Shown: piece after piece, positions 60,510 to 64,000 of the stretch | Layout of the letters: the number at the start of each line of letters is the position of its first letter | Numbering within the stretch: the stretch's first letter is position 1 | DNA from: Candidatus Omnitrophota bacterium | GTDB taxonomy: Bacteria; Omnitrophota; Gorgyraeia; Pluralincolimonadales; Pluralincolimonadaceae | DNA length: 64,000 bases | Direction of reading: 5' to 3' | NCBI GenBank assembly: GCA_003141835.1 | Contig: PLNR01000002.1 | Coordinates: 78,026-142,025 of the forward strand | Program-made: the position numbers and the translations under genes | The notes under the pieces: model-generated | The model's input: the letters and a program-made list of their open reading frames with translations, nothing else | Databases searched by the model: none | Told to the model about the DNA's origin: nothing

Positions 60510-60719
60510 TTGAAGAAAAAGGGTATTATTTCGATGGAAAGCCTTCTCGACAAGACCGACAATTCGATCTACAAGCTTGTGATACTTGCTTCGAAGCGCG
60601 CCCTGGAACTGAACGAAGGGAGCCCGAAGCTGGTCGAGACCGAAAGCAAGAGGATATCGACCATAGCGCTTGAAGAGATCAAGGAAGGCAAGATCAGCAT
60701 GAAGGAAAAGAAAAAATGA
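60510..60719 (+). CDS. rpoZ: DNA-directed RNA polymerase subunit omega.
   Basis: 69 aa. ...DNSIYKLVILASKRALEL... The conserved yicC-gmk-rpoZ-coaBC order is present. Confidence 0.8.
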   Translation: MKKKGIISMESLLDKTDNSIYKLVILASKRALELNEGSPKLVETESKRISTIALEEIKEGKISMKEKKK

Positions 60720-61261
60720 TGGCGAAGAAAGAAGTGATCCTCGGGGTCAGCGGTTCCATCGCCGCTTACAGGGCGTGCGATATCGTCAATAACCTGAGGA
60801 AGACGGGGGCAAACGTCACTGTAATCATGACGAAGGAGGCGAAAGAGTTCGTCGCCCCGCTGACGTTCCAGACCCTCTCTCGCAACAAAGTCTATTCCGA
60901 GATGTTCGAATTGCCGGACGGATGGAGCCCGGTCCACACCTCACTGGCCGACATGGCCGACCTGATAATTATCGCCCCTGCCTGCGCAAACGTTATAGGC
61001 AAGATAGCCAACGGCATTTGCGACGACCTGCTGACCTGCGTGGTCCTGGCGTCAAAGGCGAAGGTCCTCATGGCTCCTGCCATGAACGAAAAGATGTACC
61101 TGAACCCGGCCGTGCAGGATAACATCAAAAAACTCAAAAGCAGGGGAATCAAATTTATAGGCCCCATCAAAGGCCCGCTGGCGTGCGGGCATGACTCCAT
61201 CGGGCACATAGCCGATACCGCGTCGATAATCCTGGAAGCGAAAAAATCACTCAAGGGTTGA
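60716..61261 (+). CDS. coaC: Phosphopantothenoylcysteine decarboxylase (flavoprotein), encoded separately from CoaB.
   Basis: ILGVSGSIAAYRACDIV..., PAMN and the flavoprotein fold. 181 aa. Confidence 0.8.
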   Translation: MMAKKEVILGVSGSIAAYRACDIVNNLRKTGANVTVIMTKEAKEFVAPLTFQTLSRNKVYSEMFELPDGWSPVHTSLADMADLIIIAPACANVIGKIANGICDDLLTCVVLASKAKVLMAPAMNEKMYLNPAVQDNIKKLKSRGIKFIGPIKGPLACGHDSIGHIADTASIILEAKKSLKG

Positions 61262-61914
61262 AGTTGCGAATACTCATAACCGCGGGTCCCACCAAAGAAT
61301 ATATAGATCCCGTCCGTTTCATCTCAAATTCCTCGACGGGTTTTTTCGGATACCAGATAGCGGCGGAAGCGGCCAGGCGCGGGCATAAAGTCACGCTCAT
61401 AAGCGGCCCGGTATGCCTGATTCCTCCCAAAAAGGCGAAATTCATCCCAGTCGTCTCCGCTCTTGAAATGAAAAAGGCCGTAGAGAAACATTTTCCCGGG
61501 TCAGATTGCCTTATAATGTCGGCTGCGGTCGCGGATTACAGGCCGGTTACGGTCTCCCCGCAGAAGATCAAAAAAGAAAAAGGCCCGCTTACATTAAAAT
61601 TAAAAAGGAATCCTGACATACTTTCGATTATTGCGCGAAAAAAGAAAAACAGGGTTGTGATAGGCTTTGCTTTAGAGACCGGCGGTCTAAAGAAGAACGC
61701 GGAGAAGAAATTAAAAGGGAAGAACCTCGACTATATAGTCGCCGTAGCCATAAATAACAAGAAATGCCCGTTTGGAGACCAAAAAATCCCAGTTACGATA
61801 ATATCGCGAACAGGCAAAATAGAAACTCTTGTTTCCGACAAAAAAAGCCTCTCAAGAATTATCCTTGACAAAGCAGAGGCGGCAAAGTATCATTATAACG
61901 CTAGTAAAATTTAA
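61258..61914 (+). CDS. coaB: Phosphopantothenate--cysteine ligase.
   Basis: ILITAGPT.E.IDPVR.ISN.S.G and the downstream MSAAVADYRP. 218 aa. Overlaps coaC by 4 nt. Confidence 0.8.
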   Translation: MKLRILITAGPTKEYIDPVRFISNSSTGFFGYQIAAEAARRGHKVTLISGPVCLIPPKKAKFIPVVSALEMKKAVEKHFPGSDCLIMSAAVADYRPVTVSPQKIKKEKGPLTLKLKRNPDILSIIARKKKNRVVIGFALETGGLKKNAEKKLKGKNLDYIVAVAINNKKCPFGDQKIPVTIISRTGKIETLVSDKKSLSRIILDKAEAAKYHYNASKI

Positions 61915-61935
61915 AAGAGAAAGGAGGCAAGCAAC

Positions 61936-62337
61936 ATGTTGAAGAGAAAAGGTTTTACCCTTATTGAGTTGTTGGTTGTCATGGCTATCATACTTATCCT
62001 CGCGGGTTTACTCACACCTGGACTATTTAAGGCCAAGACACAGGCCGGTAAGGTAAGCTGCGCCAATAACATGAAGCAGATAGGTACGGCGCTGGAATTG
62101 TATGCGGGCAAAAACAACGATAGCTATCCCTCCAGCCTAAGCGCGTTAAGCGTAGATAACGACATCGATGATATAGCTGTCATAAGTTGCCCTGTGTCCG
62201 CATCCGTGTACGGCAGTTTTACAACGCCTTCAAGCACAATGGCATCAAATTCCAAAGTTTTGGAGTGCACTGCAACTGGCCATGGTACGGGAGCCGCTAT
62301 AACTCTCTACAAGGGCGGTTACGTAAAGATCAAATAA
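61936..62337 (+). CDS. Type IV pilin / T2SS pseudopilin-like protein, copy 1.
   Basis: Class III signal KRKG|[20 protein letters not shown] (prepilin peptidase site with Glu+5). 133 aa. Ser/Thr-rich C-terminal segment. SD AAAGGAGG. Confidence 0.8.
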   Translation: MLKRKGFTLIELLVVMAIILILAGLLTPGLFKAKTQAGKVSCANNMKQIGTALELYAGKNNDSYPSSLSALSVDNDIDDIAVISCPVSASVYGSFTTPSSTMASNSKVLECTATGHGTGAAITLYKGGYVKIK

Positions 62338-62363
62338 GAGTTTAGTTAATTAAAAACTTCAAA

Positions 62364-62402
62364 AAGGCACCCAAGAGGAATTCTTAGGTGCCTTTTATTT
62401 TG
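62364..62402 (+). terminator. Rho-independent terminator after pilin copy 1.
   Basis: AAGGCACC...GGTGCCTT is an 8-bp stem. The T-run TTTATTTT follows. Confidence 0.6.
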
Positions 62403-62457
62403 ACTTTTATATTTTTTTATGTTAAATTAAGTAACAAAGCTAAAGGAGGGGGTGGAG

Positions 62458-62871
62458 ATGTGGCTATATAGATGCAAGAGAAAAGGTTTTACCCTTATTG
62501 AGTTGTTGGTTGTCATGGCTATCATACTTATCCTCGCGGGTTTACTCACACCTGGACTATTTAAGGCCAAGACACAGGCCGGTAAGGTAAGCTGCGCCAA
62601 TAACATGAAGCAGATAGGTACGGCGCTGGAATTGTACGCTAGCAAAAACAGCGATAAATATCCCTCCAGCCTAAGCGCGCTGAGCGTGGATAACGACCTC
62701 GACGATATAGCTGTGATAAGCTGCCCTGCGAGCGGATCCGTGTACGGCAGTTTTACAACGCCTGCAAGCAGTATGGCATCAAATGCCAAAGTTTTGGAGT
62801 GCACTGCAGCTGGCCATGGTACAGGATCCGCTATAACTCTCTACAAGGGCGGTTACGTAAAGATCAAATAA
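62458..62871 (+). CDS. Type IV pilin / pseudopilin-like protein, copy 2.
   Basis: Start taken at ATG 62458 ([10 protein letters not shown]|FTLIELLVV...) behind SD AAGGAGGGGG. About 93% nucleotide identity to copy 1 across the gene. Own putative promoter TTGACT (62400-62405), 17-nt spacer, TAAATT. Confidence 0.75.
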   Translation: MWLYRCKRKGFTLIELLVVMAIILILAGLLTPGLFKAKTQAGKVSCANNMKQIGTALELYASKNSDKYPSSLSALSVDNDLDDIAVISCPASGSVYGSFTTPASSMASNAKVLECTAAGHGTGSAITLYKGGYVKIK

Positions 62872-62904
62872 TAATGGGTGAAATTTAGGGTATTTACAAA
62901 GAAA

Positions 62905-62940
62905 GGCACTTGAGCTACAATACTCAGGTGCTTTTTGTTT
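62905..62940 (+). terminator. Rho-independent terminator after pilin copy 2.
   Basis: GGCACTTGAG...CTCAGGTGCC forms a stem of about 10 bp (including G.U pairs) with an 8-nt loop. TTTTTGTTT follows. Confidence 0.55.
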
Positions 62941-62942
62941 AA

Positions 62943-63017
62943 GGCGACGTACCCAAGTGGTAAGGGAGCGGTCTGCAAAACCGCGATCCACCGGTTCGAT
63001 TCCGGTCGTCGCCTCCA
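62943..63017 (+). tRNA. tRNA-Cys (anticodon GCA).
   Basis: GGCGACGTACCCAAGTGGTAAGGGAGCGGTCTGCAAAACCGCGATCCACCGGTTCGATTCCGGTCGTCGCCTCCA. It has a 7-bp acceptor stem, U73 discriminator, a GCA anticodon and an encoded CCA. Confidence 0.9.
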
Positions 63018-63042
63018 AATTTACCTGTATAAGAGCCAAAAC

Positions 63043-63129
63043 GCCGGGATGGCGGAATTGGCAGACGCACGGGACTTAAAATCCCGCGACCGTAAGGTTA
63101 TGAGGGTTCGACCCCCTCTCCCGGCACCA
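63043..63129 (+). tRNA. tRNA-Leu (anticodon UAA), type II with a long variable arm.
   Basis: GCCGGGATGGCGGAATTGGCAGACGCACGGGACTTAAAATCCCGCGACCGTAAGGTTATGAGGGTTCGACCCCCTCTCCCGGCACCA. The anticodon loop CTTAAAA gives UAA. A73 discriminator. CCA is encoded. Confidence 0.9.
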
Positions 63130-63170
63130 CTCTAGTCAACAAATTACCACTAAAAAGCAAGATATTTTTC

Positions 63171-63262
63171 TTGACAAATATCTACGTTGGGTGTATTTTA
63201 TACCAAGCAATGTCGTAACATGAAAACCAAACCGGAGCCGGAAATTAGGCTCCTTTTTGTTT
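63171..63262 (+). promoter_or_regulatory. Putative promoter followed by an intrinsic terminator hairpin (leader, attenuator or small-RNA candidate) upstream of the response regulator.
   Basis: TTGACA (63171-63176), a 17-nt spacer, then TATTTT (63194-63199). At 63234-63262 the hairpin GGAGCC-ggaaatta-GGCTCC is followed by TTTTTGTTT. The hairpin ends 14 nt before the ATG at 63277. Confidence 0.4.
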
Positions 63263-63276
63263 GGTGAAAGCGGAGA

Positions 63277-64000
63277 ATGGAAAAGAAGAAAATAATAATA
63301 ATCGAAAACAACCCGGCAGCGGCCAGGGACATCTCTGAAGTATTTTCCGAAAGAGATTGCAACCCCATGGTGGCGGCCAACGGCCTGGACGGCATAGAGT
63401 TAGTCTGCCAGGAATCGCCGGACCTTATCCTGCTCGACCCTTGCATTACCGATATAAACGGAAGCTCCGTATACAAACTGCTCAAGGACGACCCTAAAAA
63501 CTCCGATATCCCCATCCTGATCTGCGTCACCAACGAAAGGGACCTGTTCAGGTTCTGCGGCATGAAACAGCAGCCCGAAGAAAATATAATAAGATTTACT
63601 ACGAAGCCCGATTTCAAAGAGAACGTAGACAAGGTCCTTAAGCTCCTGGAAAGCAGGATGTTGTCGAATAAATTCCAGCTCAACAGCGAGCAATTCAAGA
63701 AGATCCTGGTAAAACTCGTGAGCGCTTACCAGGAATATAACGGCCTGTCGTCGGAAGAGGTCAGGGGCATACTGAACGAAGTCCTCGAGAATATAACGAC
63801 GATGTTAAGCTCCGAGCTCGGGTCGGTGATGCTCGTCGATGAACCGGCGCAGGAGCTTGTGATCAGGGCTTCCAAGGGCCTAAGCGAAGACGTGATAAAC
63901 AAGACCCGCGTAAAGGTGGGCAAGGGGATATCAGGCTGGGTGGCGAAGGCAGGCAGCCCGCTCCTCATAAGGAATATCGAGACCGACGAGCGTTTTTCCC
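63277..64000 (+). CDS. Response regulator: receiver (REC) domain plus GAF domain. 3'-truncated by the window edge.
   Basis: Not in the ORF track because there is no stop inside the window. Translation MEKKKIIIIENNPAAARDI...DLILLDPCITDINGS...ILICVTNERD...TTKPDF matches a REC domain (phospho-Asp in LILLD, T and K present). A GAF-like segment follows (...SVMLVDEPAQELVIRASKGL...GKGISGWVAKAGSPLLIRNIETDERF). Confidence 0.65.
   Translation, partial: MEKKKIIIIENNPAAARDISEVFSERDCNPMVAANGLDGIELVCQESPDLILLDPCITDINGSSVYKLLKDDPKNSDIPILICVTNERDLFRFCGMKQQPEENIIRFTTKPDFKENVDKVLKLLESRMLSNKFQLNSEQFKKILVKLVSAYQEYNGLSSEEVRGILNEVLENITTMLSSELGSVMLVDEPAQELVIRASKGLSEDVINKTRVKVGKGISGWVAKAGSPLLIRNIETDERFS

Noticed and set aside
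61911-62804. Minus-strand ORFs 61911..62117 and 62427..62804, which share a repeated peptide ([31 protein letters not shown]...).
   Set aside because: They are the antisense shadows of the duplicated pilin genes. The repeat simply mirrors the near-identical pilin 5' regions.

Overview
Single contig from a bacterial genome (GC about 50%, dense coding, no mobile elements or CRISPR seen). The window covers the chromosomal replication origin and, to its right, a very large radical-SAM-rich glycan tailoring operon. lpxA and a GT9 heptosyltransferase-like gene suggest a diderm, so the lineage is probably an uncultivated diderm anaerobe, but that is inference only.

Left part, minus strand (1-19399). 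It starts with a pyrimidine operon, pyrR-pyrB-pyrC-lipoprotein-carA-carB (carB runs off the window). This operon is preceded by a 29-codon upstream ORF that encloses a strong intrinsic-terminator hairpin, so it looks like an E. coli pyrBI-style leader-peptide attenuator. Next comes an unusual fusion protein: PilZ domain, membrane anchor, coiled coil and a glycoside hydrolase domain. Then lpxA, rsmI, glmS, a secreted beta-sandwich protein and tRNA-Glu. The block ends with gyrA-gyrB-DUF721-dnaN-dnaA. The dnaN/dnaA and dnaA/rpmH intergenic regions carry clusters of TTATNCACA DnaA boxes and an AT-rich stretch, which marks oriC.

Right part, plus strand (19569-62871). It begins with rpmH-rnpA-yidD-yidC-jag(N-domain only)-mnmG-parA-parB. 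Two perfect parS palindromes (TGTTCCACGTGGAACA) sit in this stretch. recF/yaaA are missing from the dnaN-gyrB block, and mnmE/rsmG are missing from the mnmG block.

The main finding is a tightly packed operon of about 29 kb and 24 genes (27261-56574), plus one divergent gene. It encodes 11 radical SAM enzymes: five class-B B12-binding (one fused to a class I SAM methyltransferase) and six SPASM/twitch-type. Between them are three GT2 polyprenol-phosphate-sugar-synthase-like glycosyltransferases, a GT9 heptosyltransferase-like enzyme, an SDR epimerase/dehydratase, a TPP-dependent E1 alpha/beta pair and five or six polytopic membrane proteins. Two of the membrane proteins are tandem paralogs whose C-terminal domains are nearly identical in the segments compared, and one is a TPR-bearing TMTC/PMT-like GT-C protein. 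No precursor-peptide gene fits between the genes. The most economical reading is an anaerobic surface-glycan or glycolipid tailoring pathway that does C-methylation and radical sugar oxidation or epimerisation. It is not a RiPP cluster.

Downstream come ndk, a divergent PEP carboxykinase (ATP)-like gene, yicC, gmk, rpoZ and a split coaC/coaB. After these are two tandem near-identical type IV pilin-like genes, each with its own promoter and terminator, then tRNA-Cys, tRNA-Leu and the start of a REC-GAF response regulator. The regulator is preceded by a promoter-then-terminator leader.
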